A stretch of DNA of 32,000 nucleotides from NCBI GenBank assembly GCA_039799905.1, contig JBDLRP010000001.1, positions 117,504-149,503 of the forward strand, given 5' to 3'. This document shows, piece after piece, positions 8,759 to 17,561 of the stretch. Within the stretch, counting starts at the first letter, position 1. Every line of letters starts with the position of its first letter. Below the pieces are notes generated by a model, which ran no database searches, was not told the DNA's origin, and saw only the letters and a list, made by a program, of their open reading frames with translations. The stretch is from Pseudomonadota bacterium (GTDB lineage Bacteria; Bdellovibrionota_B; Oligoflexia; Silvanigrellales; Silvanigrellaceae). The position numbers were made by a program, and so were the translations under genes.

Positions 8759-9481
8759 ATGGATAAAAACTCGCTGAATTCGCAATCAGTCAAGTTCACT
8801 TACTCTCCACCCACGGAACTTGTTCCGTCGCTGTGGATCTTGGATGGCACGTGGAGCAATTTTCTCGGTCGTCGGATGACCGTCATTCGCCTGCGTAATA
8901 ACGAAGTCTGGATTCACAATCCGATGCGCCTTCACAAGCCGGAGCTGGACTGGCTGTCGTCGTTGGGATTCATTCGCGGACTCGTAGCCCCCAATCAATG
9001 GCATGTGTCTGATCTGCTCTGGATGGCAGAGCAGTTTCCAGAGGCACAAATCGTTTGTCCGCAATCGTTCCTCGATCGCCACCCGAGCTTGAGCAGCAGA
9101 ATGCTTTTCACAACCGATGTTCAACATGTGACACCGGATCATGAATTGGAATTTTTGCCGGTGCCCGGGGTCCGCTTTGAAGAGACCGTGTTGTTTCACC
9201 CGCTCTCGCGCACTCTCATCCTCTGTGATCTGATGATGAACCTTCCGCCGGCCGAAACTGCCTTGCGGCGGGCGTTTTTCAAATTGAACAACATGGGTGA
9301 ATGCTGCTCACCCACCAGAACACTCAAGTGGCTGCTGACTAATGACAAAAAAGAGCTGCTCCACTTTGTGAGTCAGCTCGCGGAACTCAACCCACGCCGG
9401 ATTGTCGTCAACCACGGCGAAATATTTGAAGGCGAAGGAGGGAATCAAATCCGCACATCCTTCGCCCTGTTATTTGGCTGA
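8759..9481 (+). CDS. DUF4336-like (metallo-beta-lactamase-fold-like) protein of unknown function
   Basis: 240 aa. The pattern LWILDG...RMTVIRL.NNEVWIHNPMRL...LG.IRGLVAPNQWH...FPEAQIV matches my memory of the DUF4336 family. I could not confirm the assignment. Confidence 0.5.
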   Translation: MDKNSLNSQSVKFTYSPPTELVPSLWILDGTWSNFLGRRMTVIRLRNNEVWIHNPMRLHKPELDWLSSLGFIRGLVAPNQWHVSDLLWMAEQFPEAQIVCPQSFLDRHPSLSSRMLFTTDVQHVTPDHELEFLPVPGVRFEETVLFHPLSRTLILCDLMMNLPPAETALRRAFFKLNNMGECCSPTRTLKWLLTNDKKELLHFVSQLAELNPRRIVVNHGEIFEGEGGNQIRTSFALLFG

Positions 9482-9492
9482 TGATTCGTTTT

Positions 9493-11328
9493 TCAGCGGC
9501 AGGCTGAGTCGCGCACCGCAAGACCATGGCGTGAATACGCTTGGTTGATCAGACAATAGTTCGATCCGCGCACGTCAGCCCGTGACGGCTCTGAATCGAG
9601 CGCCAGCAATGCCTCGTAGGTGTCTGTGTACTGGCTTGCCGTGTAGAGCATCTTCAAGAACCACTGGCGCGCCGTGGCACGACCCACTTCATTGCCGTAT
9701 TTTTCAACCAACGCCTGCGTCAGATGGAAATATGCCGAACCAAAAATAAGCCCTTCCTTATGAACTTCGCGCTCGTTTTCTTTCGGCGGGTACATGTATT
9801 CGCCATCCAGATTGCGCACCGGACGTCCGTCCGAGAAGAAGCCCGGTCCAACATCAGCAGAACCAGTGATCAGCTGTGACACTGTGTCGCCAATTCCTTC
9901 CGAGAACGCGCGGTCACGGATACCGCCCGTATTGTGGTGCAATCCGTGTCCCCATTCGTGGTAGACGACGTCGGCAATCTCGCCAGTATTTGCACAGCCA
10001 ATCTTCTTTCCGCTGCTTGTCGTGCGCTCTCCGGCTTTGAAGAAGTTGACCGAGCGACCGTTCCAGAACGCGTTACAAATGTCGTTCATGTTGACGTTCG
10101 CAACAACCTGAGTGGAGAACCAGTTCGGGTTGATGACCGGACGTGCCCATGCCTGTACCACCGAGAGATGATAAAACGTGGTGTTTTCAGCCAGCGTCGA
10201 GTTAGAGCGTGCATCAAACAAAACATCTCCACCAACGACCGCCGAGGCAGCCTGTCCGGAACTGTTTTGCACTTTGAAGCGTGGCGAGCTCAGCGACGCA
10301 CGTGCTTCTTGACGCTCGGGAATCTGCACAACGCCTTCGGAATCGGCTTGGTAAATCTTGCTTCTTCCAAACCATCCTCCGCCGCGCCCAACAGCTTGCG
10401 CATAGGGCATGCCGACAGTCATTTGTGGTCCATTTGGAATGCGCTGATTGACGACACCTTCGATCTTGGCCTCAAAATAAATGGTATTTGCATTCCAAGA
10501 GATGATTTCATTTTTCTCGGCATGGGCCACTACTGTGAATGCATCGCCCGTCGCAGACTCGGATTCAAAACGCAAAGCGGGCTCAAAAACGTACTGGCCG
10601 TTCTCGACGCGCGGCACATAACGTTGGGTGACAGTCTCAGGCTTGACCTTTGCAGACGGCCCAAGAACAGCACGAGCTGCTTTCAGCGCCCGATCTGCAG
10701 GCAGCTTGAAGCCCTTAAGAGAAGCTTTGTCTGCACCGAACGACTTACTGACAAGGCTCGTCAACTGGCCTTCGCTAAAGCGAAAGGTCAGCTCGGCGCC
10801 TTCGATGATGGTGCCGCCCGACGACAAAAAGAAGCTCGCAAAAACATGCTGGTCATCGACAAAAAAGCGTTGCGTGTCGACCAGAAGTGTCAATCCGTTC
10901 ACCGACAACTCTGAAGCATGCTGCGCCGCAAAATGACGAAGGTGCTTGTCGAGATAGTTCATGAACGCAGTTCTGCCGCGTTGTGATGCCCGCGCAGAAC
11001 GAATCCATGCCGCCAGTTGGGCATCGCCACCGAACGCTGCGCTCAGGCTCAACGGCATTTGGCCAAAACGTGATTTTGCCGATTGGTTGACCGGATCGAC
11101 CGTTACGACTTCTCCGAGCACACCAAAGCTCTCGCGCACGGGAGCGGCACTCTGAACGCGGCCGATGGTAAAATTGGGAGCGGGAATACGCCACGAATGC
11201 AAGGATTCCTGAGTTGCTGCGGCGCGCGAAACACGCTCTTCAGCGGGATGCGATACCACTGCAAATGCAGTCGGTGCGGTTAGAGTGACCAAAACAGACG
11301 CCATGGTCGACAAACGTGTTCCGTTCAT
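9493..11328 (-). CDS. Secreted zinc metalloprotease (gluzincin, M4/M36-like HEXXH...E)
   Basis: 611 aa. Signal peptide ...LTAPTAFA. Zinc site VVYHEWGHGLHH followed by AFSEGIGD (third-ligand Glu context, similar to EGWSD of fungalysin-type enzymes). GAGGGGG SD lies 7 nt before the ATG. Confidence 0.7.
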   Translation of the reverse strand: MNGTRLSTMASVLVTLTAPTAFAVVSHPAEERVSRAAATQESLHSWRIPAPNFTIGRVQSAAPVRESFGVLGEVVTVDPVNQSAKSRFGQMPLSLSAAFGGDAQLAAWIRSARASQRGRTAFMNYLDKHLRHFAAQHASELSVNGLTLLVDTQRFFVDDQHVFASFFLSSGGTIIEGAELTFRFSEGQLTSLVSKSFGADKASLKGFKLPADRALKAARAVLGPSAKVKPETVTQRYVPRVENGQYVFEPALRFESESATGDAFTVVAHAEKNEIISWNANTIYFEAKIEGVVNQRIPNGPQMTVGMPYAQAVGRGGGWFGRSKIYQADSEGVVQIPERQEARASLSSPRFKVQNSSGQAASAVVGGDVLFDARSNSTLAENTTFYHLSVVQAWARPVINPNWFSTQVVANVNMNDICNAFWNGRSVNFFKAGERTTSSGKKIGCANTGEIADVVYHEWGHGLHHNTGGIRDRAFSEGIGDTVSQLITGSADVGPGFFSDGRPVRNLDGEYMYPPKENEREVHKEGLIFGSAYFHLTQALVEKYGNEVGRATARQWFLKMLYTASQYTDTYEALLALDSEPSRADVRGSNYCLINQAYSRHGLAVRDSACR

Positions 11329-11410
11329 GGAACATCCCCCTCATCCGGTTGGGAATCCTGAAGGCTGAAGACAACCTCAGATTCATCTAAAAAAGTAAGA
11401 CCTGAGCGGC

Positions 11411-11439
11411 ACATTAGCCGTCCGGCCAGTCGGCGTCAA
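11411..11439 (-). promoter_or_regulatory. Candidate sigma70 promoter for the metalloprotease gene
   Basis: On the minus strand: TTGACG (11439-11434), 17-nt spacer, TAATGT (11416-11411), about 80 nt upstream of the ATG. The -10 is weak (3/6). Confidence 0.3.
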
Positions 11440-11500
11440 GATTCTGACATATTAAAAAGATAAAGTCCGGACGCAGATTTGCTGCGCACGCAGGCGGGGA

Positions 11501-12442
11501 TCAGATGAACAAACTGCTGATGGAATCGGATTTGTGGATTCGGCGGATCGCTTTTCCGAGTAATTCCGCAACACTCAACACTTGAATCTTGCTGCAGGCC
11601 GCAGCTTCGGGACGCAACGGAATGGAGTCGGTCAGAAGCAGCGTATCGATAGCACTCTTTTCAACTCTCTCCACCGCGGGGCCGGTCAGAATTCCATGTG
11701 TCACCGCCGCAATCACGCGGGTGGCTCCACGCTCTTTGAGGACGTTTGCCGCCTGACTCAGAGTGCCCGCGGTATCGCAGATGTCATCAACAAGAATTGC
11801 AGTTTTGTCCTTGACGTCACCAATCAGATGCATGACCTGCGACACCCCCGGACGATCACGGCGTTTGTCGACGATGGCGAGCCCGCAATCGAGAAGTTTT
11901 GCAAGTGCACGTGCGCGCTCGACTCCGCCTGCATCAGGCGAGACAACAATCGGATTGACAACCTCCATGCGCGAGAGATGTTCAAAAAAAACCGGTTTGC
12001 TGAACAGATGATCGACAGGAACATTGAAAAAGCCTTGCACCGCGCTGGTGTGCAACTCGAGAGTCAGAATGCGGCTGACTCCAGCGCTTTCAAGCAGGTC
12101 GGCCACGAGTTTCGCCGTAATCGGCGTGCGCGGTGCGCTCTTGCGCTCCTGACGTCCGTATCCGTAGTAGGGAATGACCGCAGTGATCCGCTGGGCACTG
12201 GCACGCCGCAGTGCGTCGACCGTAATAAGCAATTCCATGATGTGCTCATTGGCCGGAGCGCAGGTCGGCTGAATCACGAAAACGTCGCGACCGCGGACGT
12301 TTGATTCGATTTCAACGCGGGTCTCACCATCGGAGAATCGGCCGATGAGTGCCGACCCGAGTGGCGCGTCCAACCATTCACAAATGCGCTTCGCCAGTTG
12401 AGGGTTTGCGTTGCCACTAAAAACGAGAAGTTCTGTGTCCAT
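11501..12442 (-). CDS. prs: Ribose-phosphate pyrophosphokinase (PRPP synthetase)
   Basis: LLVFSGNANPQLAKRI, GRDVFVIQPT, AVIPYYGYGRQERK, DLH..AVQGFF, and AILVDDICDTAGTL PRPP loop. I chose the start at 12442 (MDTELLVF) by similarity to Prs N-termini. The ATG at 12484 is an alternative. Confidence 0.9.
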   Translation of the reverse strand: MDTELLVFSGNANPQLAKRICEWLDAPLGSALIGRFSDGETRVEIESNVRGRDVFVIQPTCAPANEHIMELLITVDALRRASAQRITAVIPYYGYGRQERKSAPRTPITAKLVADLLESAGVSRILTLELHTSAVQGFFNVPVDHLFSKPVFFEHLSRMEVVNPIVVSPDAGGVERARALAKLLDCGLAIVDKRRDRPGVSQVMHLIGDVKDKTAILVDDICDTAGTLSQAANVLKERGATRVIAAVTHGILTGPAVERVEKSAIDTLLLTDSIPLRPEAAACSKIQVLSVAELLGKAIRRIHKSDSISSLFI

Positions 12443-12526
12443 AATCGCACCGCCCAGCCTATAGTTGAGTGATTTTGGCGGCATCAGCCACCGCAGGGCG
12501 ACCTATAGGGCGAATTGTCAGAGCTT

Positions 12527-13783
12527 TCAACGGTCAGATAAAATTTCGCGGAGTGCGCCAAGAAGCGCATCAATTTCGCCGTCGGTCGTCGACGTTGCCA
12601 AAGAAATACGCACGGCGTTGCGGGCCAAAACAGCATCGTCGAGCTGTGCCATCAGCACGTGTGACGGACGATTTGCGCCACTGCTGCAGGCAGAACCACT
12701 GCTTGCATAAAAGCCGCGCATGTCGAGCTCAAGCAGAACGTCCTCGCCTCGCCGACGTGTCCCGTCGACGCTAAAATTCACAGTGTTGGGTAGAACAGCC
12801 TCAGACGGAGTGTTGAGCGTGACACCCGTGAATTCTTTCAGCGCGGCTGCCAGTGTTTCTCTGCGTCGAATCAGTGATTCAACCTCGGTCCACCATTCGG
12901 GCGAGCGAATTTTTTGCGCCACTGCAGCGAGGCTCAACACACCAGCTAGATTCTCGGTACCCGCGCGCCGTGAACGCTCCTGAGCACCACCCAAAATCAG
13001 CGGTTGAAATTTGCGTCCGCGGCGAAGAATCAACGCACCGACTCCGGCCAATCCTCCCAACTTGTGTGCGCAAACGCTTGCCGAGTCGTATCCGGCGCTC
13101 CACCAGTCCGACGACGGAAGTTTCCCGTAGGCCTGCACTGCATCGACATGAAAGTGCAGGTGCTGGAGCTGTTCCTGAGTTACATTCTCCTGAAGAACGC
13201 GTGCCCAATCGGGCCATGTTGCCTGTTGACTTTCACGCCAGTGCTGCCCGGCGCGTGCTTTGAACCAACGGGCCGTGTGCAACCATTCGGCAAACGGAAA
13301 GACGGGTTGGATGGCGCCTGTTTCATTGTTGGCAACCATGATTGCCACCAGCACCGTGTTGGTGCGGATGGCTTCCACAAGACTCCGCTCGGAAATCCGC
13401 CCGTGTTTGTCGACGGGCAAAATAGTGAGTTGCAGACCGTATTTGTCGCGCAAAAAAACAAGCGGCTCCAGCACGCACGGATGCTCGATTGCAGACGTGA
13501 TGGCGTGCAGTTCGGACATGTTTTTTCCGGTGGCATGCAGCACACCTGTCGTAGCAAGATTATTAGCCTCGGAACCGCCGGAAACGAAAACAACTTCACC
13601 TGCATCGACACCAAGGCTGGCGGCAACCTGTTTGCGAGCATCCGTGAGTGCGACACTCGCTGCACGTCCGGCAGCATGCGGACTTGATGGGTTTCCCGCC
13701 ACCGATTGCAAACGTGCAAACAGAGCCGAAAGGTGTTCGGGCAGTGACGGGCTGGTGGCGTTGTGATCCAAATAAACAGGCAC
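12527..13783 (-). CDS. Cysteine desulfurase (NifS/IscS-like class V aminotransferase)
   Basis: 418 aa. YLDHNATSP, FVSGGSEANN, HVDAVQAYGK, PLP-lysine context SVCAHKLGG, and active-site loop SSGSACSSG. The GTG start has an AAGG SD overlapping the lon stop. Confidence 0.85.
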   Translation of the reverse strand: MPVYLDHNATSPSLPEHLSALFARLQSVAGNPSSPHAAGRAASVALTDARKQVAASLGVDAGEVVFVSGGSEANNLATTGVLHATGKNMSELHAITSAIEHPCVLEPLVFLRDKYGLQLTILPVDKHGRISERSLVEAIRTNTVLVAIMVANNETGAIQPVFPFAEWLHTARWFKARAGQHWRESQQATWPDWARVLQENVTQEQLQHLHFHVDAVQAYGKLPSSDWWSAGYDSASVCAHKLGGLAGVGALILRRGRKFQPLILGGAQERSRRAGTENLAGVLSLAAVAQKIRSPEWWTEVESLIRRRETLAAALKEFTGVTLNTPSEAVLPNTVNFSVDGTRRRGEDVLLELDMRGFYASSGSACSSGANRPSHVLMAQLDDAVLARNAVRISLATSTTDGEIDALLGALREILSDR

Positions 13784-13791
13784 TTCTGTTG

Positions 13792-16404
13792 TTACCTTAA
13801 TTTCTTTGAAATGGTTCTGCCTCTGCTTTTCAGTGCAGATTTCCGCAGCGCGGGGGCAGGCTTTTTCGCCGCGGTGCTCTTTGTTTTAGCACCGGATTCG
13901 AGCTTGATTCCAAACACGGCCGCAAGCACTTCCTCAACTCGACGGACTCCCTGAATGGAGAGAGTCTTGCGCACGCTCTCGGGTATTTCCTCGAGGTCAC
14001 GAAGATTCTCTTGCGGAATAAGCACTCTTCTAACGCCATAGCGCTGTGCCGCGAGAACTTTTTCCTTGATTCCGCCCACCGGAAGAACATCGCCACGCAA
14101 CGAAATCTCACCAGTCATGGCGATGTCGGCCGGGACGCTGCGCTCCGAATAGAGTCCGACGAGCGCGGACAAAATTGCGATGCCCGCGCTGGGTCCGTCT
14201 TTTTTCACCGCACCGGCCGGAAAATGCACATGCAGCTCGGAGGACTGAATCTTCTTCAAATCAACCCCGCAAACAGACGCCATCGACTTGACCAAGCCCA
14301 GCGCTGTTTGCACACTTTCCTTCATCACGTCGCCCAGCTGGCCGGTGATCGTCAGTGCCGCCCTGCCCTCAGGAACACAGGCAGTCTCAATGAGCAAAAC
14401 ATCGCCTCCCACAGGTGTGTAAGCGAGTCCTGTCGACACACCCAGCGGCAAGCTTGTCCGCGCACTTTGTTCAAGAAAACGCTTGGGGCCAAGAATCTTT
14501 TCGACGTCTTTGCGTGTCACCGCTTTGCGCACGGGCTTTTTTTTGCGTGCCGGAACGACAGCTGACTGAAAATTCTGTGCAGAAAACTCTTTAGACTGGA
14601 CAAACTCTGTGACAATTCCACGCGCCAAAGCCGAAAGCTCGCGCCGCAACTGACGCACACCCGCCTCGCGTGTGTAGCCGCGCACGACGTCCGCCAGTAG
14701 CTCATCCGAAACGCTCACATCGAGACGACCGTTCAGTCCGTGCTCGTCTGTCACCTGTGCAAGTAGATGCCGCTGTGCGATGTTGACCTTTTCGTCGAGC
14801 GTGTAGCTGTCGAGCTCGACAATTTCCATCCGATCGCGCAGCGGCCCTTGAATGGTGGACAGCGAATTCGCAGTGCCGATGAAGAGAACCTGACTGAGGT
14901 CGAGCGGCACATTGAGATAGTGATCGGTGAATGTGTGGTTTTGCTCGGAGTCGAGCACTTCCAGCAATGCCGATGACGGATCGCCACGGAAATCTGCTGA
15001 GATCTTGTCAACTTCATCGAGCAGAATAACCGGATCCATGCTGCCTGATTTTTTCAGCGCCTCGGCAATTTTGCCCGGCAGCGCACCCACGTATGTTCTG
15101 CGGTGCCCGCGGATTTCAGACTCATCGCGCACGCCACCAAGAGCAATGCGGTGGAACTTTCGACCGAGCGCTTTTGCAATTGATTTCCCGAGGCTCGTCT
15201 TGCCGACTCCCGGCGGGCCAACCAACAAAAGAATCGGCCCCTTGAGACTTCCCTTGAGTGCATAAACAGCAAGGAATTCAGTGATCCTTCGTTTGACTTT
15301 TTCAAGCCCGTAATGCTCGCTCTCAAGCAATTTTCTTGCAACGGCAAGATCAATTTTCTTCTGTGTGTAAACACCCCAGGGCATGTCGAGCAGCCAGTTG
15401 ACGTAGGTGTGGCTGACAGAGAATTCCGGACTGCCCGCCTGCATCACGCCCATCCTGTCGATTTCGCGCAGGGCAACCGTCTTGGCCTCTTGCGGCATCG
15501 CGCTTTTTTCGACTCTCTCGCGCAGCTCTTGAGGCTCTTGTCCCTGCGACGACGGAGCCTTGCCATCGAGCTCGCCCAGTTCCTTTTGCAGCAACTTCAA
15601 TTGCTCTTTGACGTAAAAACGACGCTGTTGCTTGCCGACTTCGCCTTTGATTTCAGACTGAATGCGGTGGGTCATTTCGAGGATTTCAATTTCCCGCGTC
15701 AGGTACTTCTGCACCAGACGCAAGCGGCCGAGCACATCGTCGAGCTCGAGCAGCGCCTGTTTTTCGGCGAGGTCGATGCTCAGGTACGGCACGACAAGGT
15801 CAGCTAGATATTGAGGATCGCCGACGTTCTCGATGAAGATGTTTGCCTCGTTGGGAATGTTCGGACTTAGGCTGACAGCCTTTTGAATCAGCTGTTTGAG
15901 GCCACGCTCCAGAGCCGCCAGCTCGAGCGATTCTTCAGGAGTCTGTGCCGCTGGGTATTCAACCATGGCCGTCGCTGGCTTGTCTGCCTCGATGACGACG
16001 CTGCGGATACGAAACCTGCGGGTGCCCTGAACAACGGCGCCGGAGGTACCGTCTGGAAAGCGAATTACTTTGATGATCTTGGCTTCTGTTCCGAACATGT
16101 AGATGTCTTCAGGACGCAGCGCCTCTTTGGCGTCGTCGCGGATTGCCACGATACCCAGAGTCGTTCCCTTGCGTGCGGCCTTCTCCAAAGCCTCGAGCCC
16201 CCATGCAGCCGTCGGCGTGATGGGCACAACGTTATGCGGGAACAACACGGCATTCCGGACTGGAAGAATAACAATCCTGTGGCCTTCCGAGCGGCCTTCG
16301 CCCTCGTCTGCGGCGCTCCAAGCAGGTTTCCCGACTGGCACGAGCGCGCCTGCGGCACCATCTTTCTCCAGCAAGTTCTGAGAATCTTTATCCTGTTGTT
16401 CCAT
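13792..16404 (-). CDS. lon: ATP-dependent Lon protease
   Basis: Walker [10 protein letters not shown], Walker B ILLDEVDK, protease site DGPSAGIA and the Lon N-domain. I chose the start at the ATG at 16404 because a strong GGGAGGG SD lies 6 nt upstream. The ORF track extends to 16503. Confidence 0.92.
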   Translation of the reverse strand: MEQQDKDSQNLLEKDGAAGALVPVGKPAWSAADEGEGRSEGHRIVILPVRNAVLFPHNVVPITPTAAWGLEALEKAARKGTTLGIVAIRDDAKEALRPEDIYMFGTEAKIIKVIRFPDGTSGAVVQGTRRFRIRSVVIEADKPATAMVEYPAAQTPEESLELAALERGLKQLIQKAVSLSPNIPNEANIFIENVGDPQYLADLVVPYLSIDLAEKQALLELDDVLGRLRLVQKYLTREIEILEMTHRIQSEIKGEVGKQQRRFYVKEQLKLLQKELGELDGKAPSSQGQEPQELRERVEKSAMPQEAKTVALREIDRMGVMQAGSPEFSVSHTYVNWLLDMPWGVYTQKKIDLAVARKLLESEHYGLEKVKRRITEFLAVYALKGSLKGPILLLVGPPGVGKTSLGKSIAKALGRKFHRIALGGVRDESEIRGHRRTYVGALPGKIAEALKKSGSMDPVILLDEVDKISADFRGDPSSALLEVLDSEQNHTFTDHYLNVPLDLSQVLFIGTANSLSTIQGPLRDRMEIVELDSYTLDEKVNIAQRHLLAQVTDEHGLNGRLDVSVSDELLADVVRGYTREAGVRQLRRELSALARGIVTEFVQSKEFSAQNFQSAVVPARKKKPVRKAVTRKDVEKILGPKRFLEQSARTSLPLGVSTGLAYTPVGGDVLLIETACVPEGRAALTITGQLGDVMKESVQTALGLVKSMASVCGVDLKKIQSSELHVHFPAGAVKKDGPSAGIAILSALVGLYSERSVPADIAMTGEISLRGDVLPVGGIKEKVLAAQRYGVRRVLIPQENLRDLEEIPESVRKTLSIQGVRRVEEVLAAVFGIKLESGAKTKSTAAKKPAPALRKSALKSRGRTISKKLR

Positions 16405-16432
16405 GAACGCCCTCCCTAATGGGACATGGGCG

Positions 16433-16460
16433 AATATGGACGGCGTCGCCCGCATGTCAA
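16433..16460 (-). promoter_or_regulatory. Candidate sigma70 promoter for lon
   Basis: On the minus strand: perfect TTGACA (16460-16455), 16-nt spacer, CATATT (16438-16433). The predicted leader of ~20 nt carries the SD. Upstream is a sigma32-like pair TTGAAA (16503-16498)-14 nt-CCCTCGGT (16483-16476). Confidence 0.45.
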
Positions 16461-16558
16461 CAGCTGCGGGTTGTGACCGAGGGAATGCGCTTGCTTTTTT
16501 CAAAACAGACTGCTAACCACGGGGGTCCATGGTCGTGTCGATGATTAAGGGGTTTCTC

Positions 16559-16789
16559 ATGTCGCGCATTTGTGCACTTTCTCAGAAAGCAAGCCTTGTT
16601 GGCAACCGCGTTTCTCACGCCAACAACAAAACTAAAGTTCGCCTGCAGGCCAACCTTCAGGACAAAAGCATTTACGTTCCGTCACTCGGCCGCAGCGTTC
16701 GTCTGCGCGTCAGCACGTCGGCTCTGCGCACGATCAACAAGATCGGCATCGAAGCTTACGCTGCAAAAGCCGGCGTAAAGCTCGGCTGA
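16559..16789 (+). CDS. rpmB: 50S ribosomal protein L28
   Basis: MSRICALSQKASLVGNRVSHANNKTKVR... is the canonical L28 N-terminus. AAGGGG SD lies 7 nt before the ATG at 16559. The ORF-track start at 16529 is probably too early. Confidence 0.9.
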   Translation: MSRICALSQKASLVGNRVSHANNKTKVRLQANLQDKSIYVPSLGRSVRLRVSTSALRTINKIGIEAYAAKAGVKLG

Positions 16790-16810
16790 ACGTTAAAAGT
16801 CGCACGAACA

Positions 16811-16845
16811 AAAAAATCCCGGCTCCTACGAGCCGGGATTTTTTT
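16811..16845. terminator. Bidirectional rho-independent terminator shared by rpmB (+) and the convergent 135-aa gene (-)
   Basis: AAAAAATCCCGGCTC-CTAC-GAGCCGGGATTTTTTT. A perfect 10-bp GC-rich stem (16816-16825 / 16830-16839) with a 4-nt loop, an A-run on the left and a T-run on the right. Confidence 0.9.
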
Positions 16846-16887
16846 ATTTCTATGTTTGGCTATGGCCGTCATTCACAACGGAATCAT

Positions 16888-17295
16888 TTACGCGGGCGAA
16901 CGCACATCCTTCAACCGCTTCTGGGCGTCCGACAAAGCGCAGGTCATAATGTCGACTTCCCATGTATTTCCGCGCAGACAAGCTTTCAAACCTTCGAGCC
17001 ATTCAACGAGTCCCTTGGCATGCTTGTCGGGTGTTGCATTGGGAGAGAGGTCGTCGCCGCAATCCTGATCGACAAAGACTTTCCAATCTTCATCGTTTGC
17101 ATCCAATAGGTTCACGATACGGTTAAGACGAACGGTGTGTTCCTGACTTGCCCAATCGCCGTTGACCTGAAAAGGGTACCAATCACACTCAGACCTATGC
17201 AGCCACAGACTCGCACCATTGCTCAGCGTGACACGGCGGAAGTCTTCCGGAATCGCGTTGTGGAAACCGTCCGGACGTTTCCAGATTAAGTGCAT
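16888..17295 (-). CDS. Hypothetical cytoplasmic protein (135 aa, acidic, Trp-rich), no recognisable family
   Basis: GAGGGGG SD lies 5 nt before the ATG at 17295, and the gene ends 42 nt before the bidirectional terminator. It is longer and better supported than the antisense ORFs 16852..17109 and 16856..17068. Confidence 0.55.
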   Translation of the reverse strand: MHLIWKRPDGFHNAIPEDFRRVTLSNGASLWLHRSECDWYPFQVNGDWASQEHTVRLNRIVNLLDANDEDWKVFVDQDCGDDLSPNATPDKHAKGLVEWLEGLKACLRGNTWEVDIMTCALSDAQKRLKDVRSPA

Positions 17296-17455
17296 GGAGC
17301 CCCCTCATCCCTCGAAGAACCACAAAGAAGACAAACATTTTGCAGAATTCTTACTATCACAGGCGAAATCCGAAAACCACAAGCGCGTGATACCCCGCCC
17401 CGTAGCCCTGCCGGCACGGCGAAAGCCTCATTTGCAAACTCTGCTGCCGAGTCGC

Positions 17456-17473
17456 GTTCACAAATTGTTCACA
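17456..17473 (+). promoter_or_regulatory. Pho box (PhoB/PhoP-type direct repeats) upstream of pstS
   Basis: GTTCACA-AATT-GTTCACA is an exact 7-bp direct repeat with 11-bp periodicity. TTCACA-N5-TTCACA fits the TT(A/T/C)ACA-N5 PhoP consensus and the spacing of the E. coli Pho box. It lies ~90 nt upstream of the pstS ATG. A weak -10 (CATGTT, 17485-17490) sits 11 nt downstream. Confidence 0.7.
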
Positions 17474-17561
17474 AGGGAACTTTGCATGTTGCCTTCTCGG
17501 ACTGTAGCAACGGGGGGCGTCCGGAAGGCCGGACAATGAAAGAACTTTGGAGGTTCATCCG

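Noticed and set aside
9934-10914. 326-aa plus-strand ORF antisense to the metalloprotease gene
   Set aside because: Same reasoning: Arg/Cys/Leu-rich low-information sequence and no SD, while the minus-strand frame has a signal peptide and an HEXXH site.
12458-12509. Repeated palindromic CCTATAG(G) motifs 44 bp apart in the desulfurase-prs spacer, with a GC hairpin between them
   Set aside because: There are only two short copies. The hairpin has no U-tract in either orientation, and I cannot distinguish this from chance or a simple -10-like element.
11582-13687. Long antisense ORFs inside prs (11582..12304) and the cysteine desulfurase (13004..13687, 13260..13766, 13180..13719)
   Set aside because: They overlap genes with clear family motifs and show no recognisable domains or ribosome-binding sites. 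Open antisense frames are expected at this GC content.
16405-16503. N-terminal 33-aa extension of the lon ORF (MKKASAFPRS...)
   Set aside because: A strong GGGAGGG SD sits 6 nt before the internal ATG at 16404, and the promoter-like hexamers fall inside the extension.
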